Of a stretch of 64,000 nt of DNA, positions 1-8,496 are shown piece after piece. The stretch lies in the NCBI GenBank assembly GCA_964558675.1, contig CAZLEY010000001.1, forward strand, positions 106,754 to 170,753. Direction: 5' to 3'. Position numbers and translations under genes: made by a program. Origin of the DNA: an uncultured Dehalococcoidaceae bacterium. Lineage in GTDB: Bacteria > Chloroflexota > Dehalococcoidia > Dehalococcoidales > RBG-16-60-22. Each line of letters opens with the position of its first letter. Positions within the stretch are counted from its first letter, which is position 1. The notes beneath the pieces are model-generated. The model saw only the letters and a program-made list of their open reading frames with translations, made no database searches and was not told the origin of the DNA.

Positions 1-1
1 A

Positions 2-124
2 GCTCACGGGCGAAGCCAGGCCAGGGCTATCAAGAACGCTATAGGTTTGGCCAGAGAAACCGTAGAACGGAGTATAACCGAGAAAGTAATGGAGGAAAAT
101 TATGACGAAGCCAGTGAACATTGA
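2..124 (+). CDS. plsX: 3' end of probable phosphate acyltransferase PlsX (partial, starts before window)
   Basis: Frame 2 reads AHGRSQARAIKNAIGLARETVERSITEKVMEENYDEASEH*, resembling the PlsX C-terminal HGxS..AIxNAI motif; not in the ORF track. Confidence 0.6.
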   Translation, partial: AHGRSQARAIKNAIGLARETVERSITEKVMEENYDEASEH

Positions 125-425
125 AGGAGCAAAGTTTGAAGAAACCGTTTTGAAGTCAAAGATACCCGTACTGGTTGACTTCTGGGCGCCCTGGTGTGGG
201 CCGTGCCGGATGGTAGAGCCGGTGGTTGATGAACTGGCCGAAGGCTATGATGGCAAGGTTATGTTTGCCAGGGTGAATGTCGATGATAATCCCAGGATTG
301 CCAGCCAGTATGGTATTATGAGTATTCCTACACTGATGGTCTTCAAGGATGGACAGCCTGTTTCCAATATTGTCGGCTTCAGACCCAAAGCCGAGCTGAA
401 GAAGAGCCTGGACATGGCCCTGTAA
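102..425 (+). CDS. trxA: thioredoxin
   Basis: WCGPC active site, DFWAPW, SIPTL; GGAGG SD upstream. Confidence 0.97.
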   Translation: MTKPVNIEGAKFEETVLKSKIPVLVDFWAPWCGPCRMVEPVVDELAEGYDGKVMFARVNVDDNPRIASQYGIMSIPTLMVFKDGQPVSNIVGFRPKAELKKSLDMAL

Positions 426-440
426 TAAGCGGGGTTGAGA

Positions 441-1370
441 GTGATGAGTAATTCCCCCAAAAAATGCGATATTGTCATTATCGGTGGTGGTCCCGCGGGA
501 CTCAGTGCCGGTATATATACCGGCAGAGCCAGGCTGGATAGCCTGCTTATTGAAAGGGGGGTGGTTGGCGGTCAGATATTGAATACGGAATGGTTGGAGA
601 ACTACCCCGGTTTTCCTGAGGGCGTTAGCGGCTTTGATTTAACCCGGTCAATGCACCAGCAGGCGACGAAATTCGGACTGGAGACGCTGATTGCTGAGGT
701 TACCGATGTTAAGATGACCAGTGAAAGTAAGTTGGTAAAGACCACACAGGGCGACTTTACCGCCAGGGCTGTCATCGTCGCCAGCGGTTCGGAGCGGCAG
801 AAACTGGGTGTACCCGGTGAAGCCGAATATACCGGCAAAGGCGTATCCTACTGTGCTACCTGCGACGGGGCTTTCTTCCGGGATAAATCGGTAGTGGTGG
901 TAGGGGGTGGCAATGCGGCGATTACTGAAGCTCTGGAACTCACCAAGTTCGCTTCTCAAATAACGGTTATACATCGGCGCGATGAGCTGCGCGCCACCAA
1001 AATACTGCAGGAAAAAGCCTTTGCCGAGCCCAGGATTAAAGTCCTGTGGGATAGCGTGGTCGAGGAAATCCTGGGTGAGACTTTAGTGAATAAGGTCAAG
1101 GTTCGTAACGTAAAGAGCAAAAAGGAATCGGTCCTTGATGTCTCCGGGGTATTTATGTCCATCGGATTCAAGCCCAATACCGGTTTTCTCAAAGATATTT
1201 TAGCTTTAGACAATATTGGCGCTATTATCGCCAATGAAAAGATGGAAACGAGTGTCTCCGGCGTTTACGCGGTGGGCGACATACGCAGTAACTCAATCCG
1301 CCAGGTTATATCCGCCGCCGGTGATGGCGCTATCGCCGCCGTCAATGCCGAGAAGTATATTTCAGGTTAA
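441..1370 (+). CDS. trxB: thioredoxin-disulfide reductase
   Basis: GGGPAG FAD motif, CATC redox pair, GGGNAA NADPH motif; start probably GTG441 or ATG444. Confidence 0.96.
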   Translation: MMSNSPKKCDIVIIGGGPAGLSAGIYTGRARLDSLLIERGVVGGQILNTEWLENYPGFPEGVSGFDLTRSMHQQATKFGLETLIAEVTDVKMTSESKLVKTTQGDFTARAVIVASGSERQKLGVPGEAEYTGKGVSYCATCDGAFFRDKSVVVVGGGNAAITEALELTKFASQITVIHRRDELRATKILQEKAFAEPRIKVLWDSVVEEILGETLVNKVKVRNVKSKKESVLDVSGVFMSIGFKPNTGFLKDILALDNIGAIIANEKMETSVSGVYAVGDIRSNSIRQVISAAGDGAIAAVNAEKYISG

Positions 1371-1437
1371 GATGGTTTACTGACCGGGAAAATGAGAAAT
1401 TTCCTGTGAATTTCTTTGGGTTCGTGTGTGGAATTTT

Positions 1438-1468
1438 TTGACTCCATTTCTAGGCGGTGCAGTATAAT
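1438..1468 (+). promoter_or_regulatory. candidate sigma70 promoter for rplI-dnaB-dnaD-dnaC operon
   Basis: TTGACT-N19-TATAAT; spacer is longer than optimal. Confidence 0.4.
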
Positions 1469-1496
1469 TATCAGTAATCGGTAGAAGGAGAAATTT

Positions 1497-2357
1497 GTGA
1501 AGGTTATATTTATTGAAGACGTCCCCGATGTGGCCCTGGCCGGCGAAACCAGGGAAGTGGCCGATGGCTACGGCAGGAACTATCTCCTGCCCAAAAAGCT
1601 GGCTGTCCTGGCTAACTCACAGGCCTCGGGTATAGTCGAGGTACAGCTCAAGAAGGTAGCCCTGAAACGGGCACAGGCTGAAAAAGAAATGTCAGAGATT
1701 GCCGCCCAGCTGAATGGTATGGAAATAACTCTGAAAGCCAAGGTCGGTGAAAAGGAACGTCTTTATGGCTCTGTCACGGGCACTGATATTGCCGATGAGC
1801 TCAGCAGTAGTGCCGGACTGGATGTTGACAAGAGAAAGATAGAGCTTGACGAGCCGATTCGTCAGGTTGGTAGCTATGAGGTGACCGTCAGGTTCACCCA
1901 GGACATCACGGCCGTTGTCATGGTCACGGTGGAAGCCGACAAGGTGGTGGAGGCAAAAGAGGAGAAGGAAGAAAAGAAGCCACGGGCTAAGAAAGAGAAG
2001 AAGGTGGAAGAAGCCGAGGCAAAAGTGGACGATGCGGAAGCGAAGGTTGAGGAAGCGGAGGTTAAGATAGAGGAAGCTGAGCCGAAAGTGAAGAAGCCTA
2101 GGGCGAAGAAGAAGAGCCAGAAAAAGACTAAGGCGAAAGCAAAGGAGACGGAGGCGAAGGTAGAGGAAACAGAGGCGAAAGTGGAGGAGGCGGAGGTTGA
2201 GATAGAGGAAGCCGAGGCGAAAGTGGAGAAGCCCAAGGCGAAGAAGAAGAGCCAGAAAAAGACTAAGGCGAAGGTCAAGGAAACGGAGGGGAAGGTAAAG
2301 GAAACTGAGGTGAAAGCGGAGAAGGCGGAAGAGAAGGAGGCAGAGCCGGGTGAATGA
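1497..2357 (+). CDS. rplI: 50S ribosomal protein L9 with ~140-aa repetitive K/E/A-rich C-terminal extension
   Basis: MKVIF..DV...GE..EVADGYGRNYLLPKKLA N-terminus and LYGSVT..DI C-domain; precedes dnaB as usual. Confidence 0.93.
   Translation: MKVIFIEDVPDVALAGETREVADGYGRNYLLPKKLAVLANSQASGIVEVQLKKVALKRAQAEKEMSEIAAQLNGMEITLKAKVGEKERLYGSVTGTDIADELSSSAGLDVDKRKIELDEPIRQVGSYEVTVRFTQDITAVVMVTVEADKVVEAKEEKEEKKPRAKKEKKVEEAEAKVDDAEAKVEEAEVKIEEAEPKVKKPRAKKKSQKKTKAKAKETEAKVEETEAKVEEAEVEIEEAEAKVEKPKAKKKSQKKTKAKVKETEGKVKETEVKAEKAEEKEAEPGE
1974..2340 (+). repeat. intragenic tandem repeats in the rplI tail: 135-bp unit plus 21-bp (EAEAKVE-like) subunits
   Basis: gcgaagaagaagagccagaaaaagactaaggcgaa at 2103 and 2238 (135 bp apart); degenerate third unit from ~1974. 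Confidence 0.85.
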
Positions 2358-3720
2358 CGTCAAGCTACCGCCCAATGATTCCGATGCCGAGGAAGCGGTA
2401 ATCGGTTCGCTGCTGATTGATGGTGCCGCCATTTTTCAGATTGCTGACTTCCTTAAGGTAGAGGACTTCTATTTCGAGAAGAATCAGTGGCTGTATGATG
2501 CCTGCATGTCGCTTTACCAGCGCGATGAAGCCATTAACCAGATTACGATGGCTCAGGAGCTGTCGCGGCAGAATCGACTGGAGTCATGCGGTGGTTCCGC
2601 CCAACTGAGCTACCTGATATCCATATGCCCGACTTCTCTTGATATCGAGCATTACGCTCGGATTGTCTATCGGCTGTCGGTGATGCGTCAGATGATTATC
2701 GCCGGCGACCGTATTTCGGCCATAGGTCATGAGGCCGGTCCGGACGTTGAAGAAAGCCTCGCCAGGGCGGAGGGCATCCTGTTCAGATTGCGTCGCGGAC
2801 AGGGTACCGGAGAATTGACGCATATCCGCCAGGTGCTGGACAAGTACTTTGAAGTGGCACCGGAACCAACTGCGGAGCGCCCCGAGCAGTTGCCTTACGT
2901 GCTCTCCAGTTTTACCGGTCTGGATGAGTTCCTGGGCGGCTTTCAGCGCGCTGACCTTATAATTATTGCCGGCCGCCCCAGCATGGGTAAGACCAGCCTG
3001 GCGCTGAACATTGCCCGGAACGCCGCCGTGGAGCACCGGGCGTGTGTGGCCCTTTTCAGTCTGGAGATGGCGCGCGATTCACTGGTCATGCGTCTCCTGT
3101 CCAGCGAGTCGGGAGTCAATTCGAGGCGTGTCCGGTTTGGACAGCATACCGAGGAGGAAGAAAGGCGGGTTATGGAGGCTACCGGTGTTCTATCGGAGTC
3201 GCCGGTTTATGTTGATGATACGCCCATGATTCGTATGGCCGAGATGCGCAGCAAGGCGCTCCGTCTCAACTTCGAGCGTGGTATTGACCTCGTTATTCTC
3301 GACTATCTGCAGCTTATGCAGGGGGAGGGGAGAATTGAAAACAGGGTTAACGAAATCAGCTATATCTCTCGCGCCCTCAAAGCATTAGCCCGTGAGCTTA
3401 ATGCGCCTGTCATTGCGGTATCGCAGCTGAGCCGTGCCGTGGAGTGGCGGGCTTCGCACGAACCTCAACTTTCTGACCTGCGTGAGAGCGGCAGCATCGA
3501 GCAGGATGCGGACGTTGTCCTCTTTATCTATCGTGACGAATATTACCTCAAGGAAGAGGAGTGGCAGGTCGAACAGCATGAGGGTAAAGGATTTCCGCAT
3601 GGTGAAGCTGATATTATCATCGCCAAGCACCGCAATGGACCTACCGGGAGGATAAAACTGCGTTTCCGGCATAACCTGGCGAGGTTCGAAAGCATTAGCG
3701 GGGAGCCGAGTCTATTATGA
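2350..3720 (+). CDS. dnaB: replicative DNA helicase DnaB
   Basis: LPP..AEEAVIGSLL N-terminus, GRPSMGKT Walker A, DYLQL, SQLSR, DLRESGSIEQDAD, KHRNGPTG; no intein. Confidence 0.97.
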   Translation: MNDVKLPPNDSDAEEAVIGSLLIDGAAIFQIADFLKVEDFYFEKNQWLYDACMSLYQRDEAINQITMAQELSRQNRLESCGGSAQLSYLISICPTSLDIEHYARIVYRLSVMRQMIIAGDRISAIGHEAGPDVEESLARAEGILFRLRRGQGTGELTHIRQVLDKYFEVAPEPTAERPEQLPYVLSSFTGLDEFLGGFQRADLIIIAGRPSMGKTSLALNIARNAAVEHRACVALFSLEMARDSLVMRLLSSESGVNSRRVRFGQHTEEEERRVMEATGVLSESPVYVDDTPMIRMAEMRSKALRLNFERGIDLVILDYLQLMQGEGRIENRVNEISYISRALKALARELNAPVIAVSQLSRAVEWRASHEPQLSDLRESGSIEQDADVVLFIYRDEYYLKEEEWQVEQHEGKGFPHGEADIIIAKHRNGPTGRIKLRFRHNLARFESISGEPSLL

Positions 3721-4430
3721 AACAATTTAACGGCTTTCCCGCCAGGACAGAGTTCACCCCTTTGCCCAATGCCTTCTTCAGCGCCCTGCTGCCCCGGATT
3801 GATGATATGGCTGAGTTGAAGACCACCCTCCACGTCCTGGCGGCGCTATATCGCAAGAAAGGCTATCCCCGCTTTGTCGCTTATAAAGAGCTGCTGGGGA
3901 ATGACAGCCTGATGCACAGCCTTAAAGGGGCGGCGAAGTCGCCTGACGATACGTTGCGGGATGCCCTGAAAATGGCCGCCGACAGAGGCACCTTCATTCA
4001 CCTGGTAGCGGAAACGGGCGATAGCTCTGAGGATATCTATTTCCTGAACGATGAATCCGGCCGGCAGACGGTCGCCAAAATCGAAAGCGGCGCGCTCAAG
4101 TTGAGTGGCCTGAAAGTCGTTAAACAGGCTGGCGTTGAAGCTGAGGAACTGCCTGACATCTTTACCCTTTATGAGCAGAACATTGGCATACTCACCCCGA
4201 TGATTGCCGATGAACTCAGTGATGCCGAAAAGCTGTATCCTGAAAGCTGGATTAAGGATGCTGTTAAAGAGGCGGCTTTACATAACAAGCGTAATATCAG
4301 GTATATTCTTAAAATCTTAGAAAGCTGGGCGGTCGAAGGCAGGAGTGATGGAACATATCGGCGACATCCTAAAAAGACAGACCCGGACAAGTACTTCAAA
4401 GGAAAATACGGACACATGGTCCGGCGCTGA
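3717..4430 (+). CDS. DnaD-domain replication/primosome protein
   Basis: C-terminal IFTLYEQNIG.LTPMIADEL...YPESWIKDAVKEAA..NKRNIRYILKILESW is DnaD-like; N-terminal winged-helix-like region; ATGA overlap with dnaB. Confidence 0.8.
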   Translation: MKQFNGFPARTEFTPLPNAFFSALLPRIDDMAELKTTLHVLAALYRKKGYPRFVAYKELLGNDSLMHSLKGAAKSPDDTLRDALKMAADRGTFIHLVAETGDSSEDIYFLNDESGRQTVAKIESGALKLSGLKVVKQAGVEAEELPDIFTLYEQNIGILTPMIADELSDAEKLYPESWIKDAVKEAALHNKRNIRYILKILESWAVEGRSDGTYRRHPKKTDPDKYFKGKYGHMVRR

Positions 4431-5760
4431 GGAAGAGCTCACGGTAGGGTCGGATTGTCCTGTCTGTAAAGGCGCCGGTATCGTTCATCCCCGGCTGCCT
4501 TCGGGCGAGCTGGACTATAGCCGGGTCGTTCCCTGTCGCTGTACCAGGGGTGAACTTGATAGCGAACGTCAGAATCGTTTAAAGCAGTACAGTAACCTGG
4601 GCTCGCTGGCACGCTTCACCTTCGAAAATATGGAGCCGAAGGGGAGAAGCGGCAATACCCGGAGCCAGGAGCAGTTCGGCCGCTCCTGTGAGGCCGCTAA
4701 GAAATACGCCGTTGAGCCTGAGGGCTGGCTGGTTCTGGGTGGTCCCAGCGGCTGTGGCAAGACGCATCTGGCGGCGGCCATCGTCAACGAGCGTATTAGT
4801 AACGGCCAACCGGCCTTCTATATCACCACCCCCGACCTCCTCGACCACCTTCGCTCTTCTTTTAATCCTGATAGCGAGGTGCCCTATGACGAGTTCTTTG
4901 ACCAGGTGCGTAATGCCCCGCTGCTGGTTCTGGATGACCTCGGTGCTCAGTCCGGCACCCCGTGGGCTAAAGAGAAGCTGGACCAGCTGCTTACCTCCCG
5001 CTTTAACAGCGAGCTGCCGACAGTAATCGTCGCTATCACGCCTCTTGAGCAGATGGACGACAGGCTGCGCACCCGCCTGACCGACCCCGCTTTGTGCAGG
5101 GTATTTATGGTTGAGGAAGAACAACCATCATCGGAGTACGCATGGGGACCGGAATTTGAATTACAGAAGAATATGACCTTTATCAATTTTAAGCGTCGCA
5201 GCGATTTGTCTTTGGAACAGCAGGATAATATGGACGAGGCTTATCGCATCGCCTTCGATTTCGCCAGGAATCCTGAAGGCTGGCTGGTATTCATGGGTGT
5301 AACTGGCTGCGGCAAGACACACCTCGCGGCTGCTATCGTTAACTATTGTTACGAAGCCGGCAAACCGGCCCTTTTCGTGGTGGTGCCCGAGTTTCTCGAC
5401 CACCTGCGCTCTACGTTCAGCCCGGATAGCAAGGTGTCCTATGACCAGCTTTTCGAGAGCGTCAAGGCGGAGCCACTCCTTGTCCTTGATGATTTCGGTG
5501 AGCATTCGGCCACGCCGTGGGTGCGGGAGAAGCTATATCAGCTTATAAACTACCGCTATAATGCCCAACTGCCGACTGTAATAACTACTCGTTATTCGTT
5601 GGATGAGATTATCGAAGAGGTCGACAGTGCTATCAGCTCCCGGCTAGTTGATCGTAAAGTGAGTGTAACATTTGGTATCAAAGCTCCCGATTATCGGGGT
5701 GAAAGAAATCCCTCCCAGAAGCGCACGTCCTCTCGCGGTAAGACAGGCCGCTATCACTAG
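4345..5760 (+). CDS. DnaC/DnaI/IstB-like ATPase with two tandem AAA+ domains and an N-terminal Cys cluster
   Basis: Two Walker A motifs (GPSGCGKT, GVTGCGKT), two LLVLDD Walker B motifs; CPVC...CRC near the N-terminus. Confidence 0.88.
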   Translation: MMEHIGDILKRQTRTSTSKENTDTWSGAEEELTVGSDCPVCKGAGIVHPRLPSGELDYSRVVPCRCTRGELDSERQNRLKQYSNLGSLARFTFENMEPKGRSGNTRSQEQFGRSCEAAKKYAVEPEGWLVLGGPSGCGKTHLAAAIVNERISNGQPAFYITTPDLLDHLRSSFNPDSEVPYDEFFDQVRNAPLLVLDDLGAQSGTPWAKEKLDQLLTSRFNSELPTVIVAITPLEQMDDRLRTRLTDPALCRVFMVEEEQPSSEYAWGPEFELQKNMTFINFKRRSDLSLEQQDNMDEAYRIAFDFARNPEGWLVFMGVTGCGKTHLAAAIVNYCYEAGKPALFVVVPEFLDHLRSTFSPDSKVSYDQLFESVKAEPLLVLDDFGEHSATPWVREKLYQLINYRYNAQLPTVITTRYSLDEIIEEVDSAISSRLVDRKVSVTFGIKAPDYRGERNPSQKRTSSRGKTGRYH

Positions 5761-5769
5761 CCCCCCCCT

Positions 5770-5806
5770 GTCATTGCGAGGAGATGCAGGCGACGAAGCA
5801 ATCTCT
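5770..5806 (+). repeat. REP-like palindrome, GTCATTGCGAG...GAAGCAATCT type
   Basis: gtcattgcgaggagatgcaggcgacgaagcaatctct with an ATTGC/GCAAT stem, immediately after the dnaC-like stop. Confidence 0.65.
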
Positions 5807-5834
5807 ATCTTCCGCCCGCCCTACCTCCCCAAGC

Positions 5835-5862
5835 GGCTTATCCCGTAGGTTTATACCCCACC
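5835..5862 (+). repeat. dispersed 28-bp intergenic repeat, copy 1
   Basis: GGCTTATCCCGtaGGTTTaTACCCCACC; 25/28 identical to the minus-strand copy at 14844-14871. Confidence 0.75.
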
Positions 5863-5874
5863 GCCCCACGGGGT

Positions 5875-5899
5875 GTTTAAGAGGGGCAAAGCCCCTCTT
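5875..5899 (+). repeat. hairpin repeat left of hicBA
   Basis: GTTTAAGAGGGGC-aaa-GCCCCTCTT; second copy at 6408. Confidence 0.8.
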
Positions 5900-5908
5900 C
5901 CTTTATTG

Positions 5909-5917
5909 TGCTATAAT
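5909..5917 (+). promoter_or_regulatory. extended -10 promoter of hicBA
   Basis: TGCTATAAT, then AGGAAGG SD before ATG5941. Confidence 0.6.
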
Positions 5918-5940
5918 ATGACTAACAGTGAGGAAGGGCC

Positions 5941-6165
5941 ATGTTGAGAAGATTTAAAGTAGTCCTTGAGCCCAACGAATCGGGCGGATATACCGTCCAC
6001 GTTCCTCTGCTGCCCGGATGTATCAGCGAGGGAGACAACAGAGAAGAAGCCCTGGCTAATATCAGGGAAGCTATAGAACTCTACATTGAGAGCCTCGAAG
6101 CTGACGGTGAACCAATTCCTGCCGAAGAGGCTGTTGAAGAAGCCGTCGTCGAGGTTGCCACGTGA
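5941..6165 (+). CDS. hicB: type II TA antitoxin, HicB family (short form, no DNA-binding domain)
   Basis: ESGGYTVHVPLLPGCISEGDNREEALANIREAIELYIESL. Confidence 0.92.
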   Translation: MLRRFKVVLEPNESGGYTVHVPLLPGCISEGDNREEALANIREAIELYIESLEADGEPIPAEEAVEEAVVEVAT

Positions 6166-6383
6166 AGCTCCCGCGAGCGAGCGGCAAACAGACTGTAGAC
6201 GCACTTTTAAAACTCGATTTCATCATACACCGTATTCGTGGCAGTCATTATATTCTCAAGCACCCGGAAACAGGGCGGAGAGTCACCGTCCCATACCATC
6301 GAAAAGAGCTTGCCCCCAAGACACTGCGTTCGATTCTGAAGCAGTCGGGTATCACTAACGAGACATTTTCCAGTCTGCTGTGA
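6162..6383 (+). CDS. hicA: type II TA toxin, HicA family mRNA interferase
   Basis: RIRGSHYILKHP...VTVPYHRKELAPKTLRSILKQSGI; GTGA overlap with hicB. Confidence 0.92.
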   Translation: MKLPRASGKQTVDALLKLDFIIHRIRGSHYILKHPETGRRVTVPYHRKELAPKTLRSILKQSGITNETFSSLL

Positions 6384-6407
6384 AACACCCTGTTTATTTC
6401 GCGGAGC

Positions 6408-6433
6408 GTTTAAGAGGGGCGCCAGCCCCTCTT
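6408..6433 (+). repeat. hairpin repeat right of hicBA, same orientation as 5875
   Basis: GTTTAAGAGGGGC-gcca-GCCCCTCTT. Confidence 0.8.
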
Positions 6434-6443
6434 TCTAATTCTT

Positions 6444-6482
6444 CCCCCTCCTTTAGTAAAGGAGGGGGACACAGGGGGTGAG
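6444..6482 (+). repeat. REP-like palindrome CCCCCTCCTTT-agt-AAAGGAGGGGG with ACACAGGGGGTGAG tail
   Basis: Perfect 11-bp stem visible at 6444-6468. Confidence 0.7.
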
Positions 6483-6502
6483 GTAGACAGATAAGCTCCA
6501 CC

Positions 6503-6531
6503 TTGACGCTGGAGCGATGTTTCAGTATTAT
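6503..6531 (+). promoter_or_regulatory. sigma70 promoter of aroF
   Basis: TTGACG-N17-TATTAT; the -35 sits inside the inverted repeat GCTCCA-N9-TGGAGC. Confidence 0.55.
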
Positions 6532-6598
6532 CATTAGTGAAGATTGTATTTAACCATAATTGAAAGTGATTCTTGTTAAGGAGCTTGTATAAAAAGCC

Positions 6599-7612
6599 AT
6601 GATAGTCGAAATGAAAACGGGTGCCACCAGGGAAGAAATAGACAGTGTGGTAGGGAAAGCGAAGTCGCAGGGACTTGACGTCCAGTTAAATTTAGGCACC
6701 GACAAAACGGTAGTCGCCCTCCTGGGGAGCAATACCGGCCAGATACCCACCGATATCTTTGCCGTGTTGCCCGGCGTCGAAAGTGTTACCCGGATTATGA
6801 AGCCTTACAAGCTCGCCTCAAGGGAGTTCAGACCCGGGGATAGTAAGGTTACCTGTAGTGGGGTGGAGATTGGGGGTGAACGTATTGTTGTTATAGCCGG
6901 CCCCTGCGCTGTGGAAAGCGAAGAGCAACTTATACAGGCAGCCGTGGCCGTAAAAAAGGCTGGAGCCAGCATCCTGCGTGGTGGCGCCTTCAAACCGCGT
7001 ACTTCTCCATTCAGCTTCCAGGGTCTGCAGAAGGCTGGACTGGAACTGCTGGCAAAAGCCCGCGAAAAGACGGGGATGCCGGTGGTAACCGAGGTGGTGG
7101 AGCCGAAAGACGTTGAGCTGGTGGCCAGCTATTCTGATATGCTTCAGATAGGGTCACGCAATATGCAGAACTATGCCCTGCTGACCGATGCCGGCAGAAG
7201 CCACCGCCCCGTGGTATTGAAACGGGGGTTTTCCTGTACCATTACCGAGTGGCTTACCGCCGCCGACTACCTTCTGGCGGAGGGTAACAACGTCATTCTC
7301 TGTGAGCGTGGCATCCGGACATTTGAAGATAGTATCCGCTTCTCCCTGGATATCTCGTCCGTACCGGTACTCAAGAAATTCAGTCACCTGCCGGTAATTG
7401 TCGACCCCAGTCACGCCGCCGGACATTACTCGCTGGTGCCGGCGATAGCCAAGGCGGCCGTGGCGGCCGGCGCCGATGGCCTTCTCATCGAGGTCCACCC
7501 GAATCCGAAAGAGGCCCTCGTCGATGGCCTGCAGTCGCTCTCTCCCTCCGACTTCACACGGCTCATGGGGGAACTCAAAACCATTGCCAAATCCGTGGGC
7601 AGATATATCTAG
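6599..7612 (+). CDS. aroF: 3-deoxy-7-phosphoheptulonate (DAHP) synthase, type I-beta with N-terminal regulatory domain
   Basis: [49 protein letters not shown]. Confidence 0.96.
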   Translation: MIVEMKTGATREEIDSVVGKAKSQGLDVQLNLGTDKTVVALLGSNTGQIPTDIFAVLPGVESVTRIMKPYKLASREFRPGDSKVTCSGVEIGGERIVVIAGPCAVESEEQLIQAAVAVKKAGASILRGGAFKPRTSPFSFQGLQKAGLELLAKAREKTGMPVVTEVVEPKDVELVASYSDMLQIGSRNMQNYALLTDAGRSHRPVVLKRGFSCTITEWLTAADYLLAEGNNVILCERGIRTFEDSIRFSLDISSVPVLKKFSHLPVIVDPSHAAGHYSLVPAIAKAAVAAGADGLLIEVHPNPKEALVDGLQSLSPSDFTRLMGELKTIAKSVGRYI

Positions 7613-7631
7613 CGCCCTTATACCGGACATA

Positions 7632-8420
7632 TTGAGATTGCAGTTGTTAAAAGACTTTGTTGTTCTACAGGTTGACGGAATATCTATCGTAGGTCAGCTT
7701 GTTTTACCTGACAGTAAGAATCAATATCCGGCTGTTTGTCTCTGTCACGGTGCTCCATCGGGTAATCCTCCCGACCCGGATGACGGTGGTTATCCGGCCC
7801 TGGCTGAGCGGGTTTGCCGTGAGGGCTTTGCCGCTTTTTTCTTCAATTTCAGGGGGGCGGGGGACAGCGGCGGCAATATGGACCTCGTGGGCTGGACACA
7901 CGACCTGCACGCCGCTATTGACTACCTGTGGAGTAGGGATAGTATTGACAGGTCGAATCTATCTCTGGTTGGCTTCAGTGCCGGGGCGGCTACCTCTATC
8001 TACGTAGCCTCCGAGGATGAGAGGGTATCTGCTGTGGCTGCCTGTGCATCTCCGGCCGATTTTGACTTTCTTACCGAGACTGAAGAGCCGCAGGATATCA
8101 TCGACCGCTTTCGCGGTACGGGTGCTATCCGTGATGAAGACTTTCCGCCTTCCGTCAAGGGTTGGTTCGATAACCTTAAGCAAATTACACCGGTCAACCA
8201 TGTTGGCAAAATCGCCCCCAGAAATTTGCTGATTGTTCACGGCAGCCAGGATGATGTTGTGCCGGTAAGCCACGCTTACCGCCTGAATGATAAGGCCGGG
8301 GAGCCCAAAAAACTCCTTATTATCGATGGAGCTGGTCACAGGCTCCGGCGGGAGGACAGCGCCGTCAATGCTATTCTGGAATGGTTGAAGTCCTGTCGTC
8401 AGACTGCTGGCTTACGATAA
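7632..8420 (+). CDS. alpha/beta-fold hydrolase
   Basis: CHG oxyanion region, GFSAG nucleophile elbow, HGSQDDVV, GAGH; true start is likely a TTG at 7632-7644, not 7476 inside aroF. Confidence 0.85.
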   Translation: MRLQLLKDFVVLQVDGISIVGQLVLPDSKNQYPAVCLCHGAPSGNPPDPDDGGYPALAERVCREGFAAFFFNFRGAGDSGGNMDLVGWTHDLHAAIDYLWSRDSIDRSNLSLVGFSAGAATSIYVASEDERVSAVAACASPADFDFLTETEEPQDIIDRFRGTGAIRDEDFPPSVKGWFDNLKQITPVNHVGKIAPRNLLIVHGSQDDVVPVSHAYRLNDKAGEPKKLLIIDGAGHRLRREDSAVNAILEWLKSCRQTAGLR

Positions 8421-8421
8421 A

Positions 8422-8451
8422 TTGACCGACATCCGATAAATAGGCTATAAT
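8422..8451 (+). promoter_or_regulatory. sigma70 promoter of purF
   Basis: TTGACC-N18-TATAAT. Confidence 0.5.
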
Positions 8452-8496
8452 ATTAAGTAGAGAGTTTGTCAAGACGAATTATAAGGCAGGTTAAAC

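Noticed and set aside
1692-2432. Long minus-strand Leu/Phe/Ser-rich ORFs (246 aa, 134 aa)
   Set aside because: Shadows of the purine-rich repetitive rplI tail, which lacks stops on the reverse strand
2350-3720. Intein in DnaB
   Set aside because: 456 aa with contiguous helicase motifs and no insertion
2350-5760. Prophage or IS21 replication module (DnaB, DnaD, IstB-like)
   Set aside because: Coupled to rplI in a core-gene context; no integrase, IstA transposase or structural genes
1974-6488. CRISPR array
   Set aside because: Repeats are either coding tandem units or isolated hairpins; no regularly spaced repeat-spacer pattern and no cas genes
7476-7631. N-terminal extension of the hydrolase overlapping aroF
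   Set aside because: Lies within aroF coding sequence; plausible TTG starts occur just after the aroF stop
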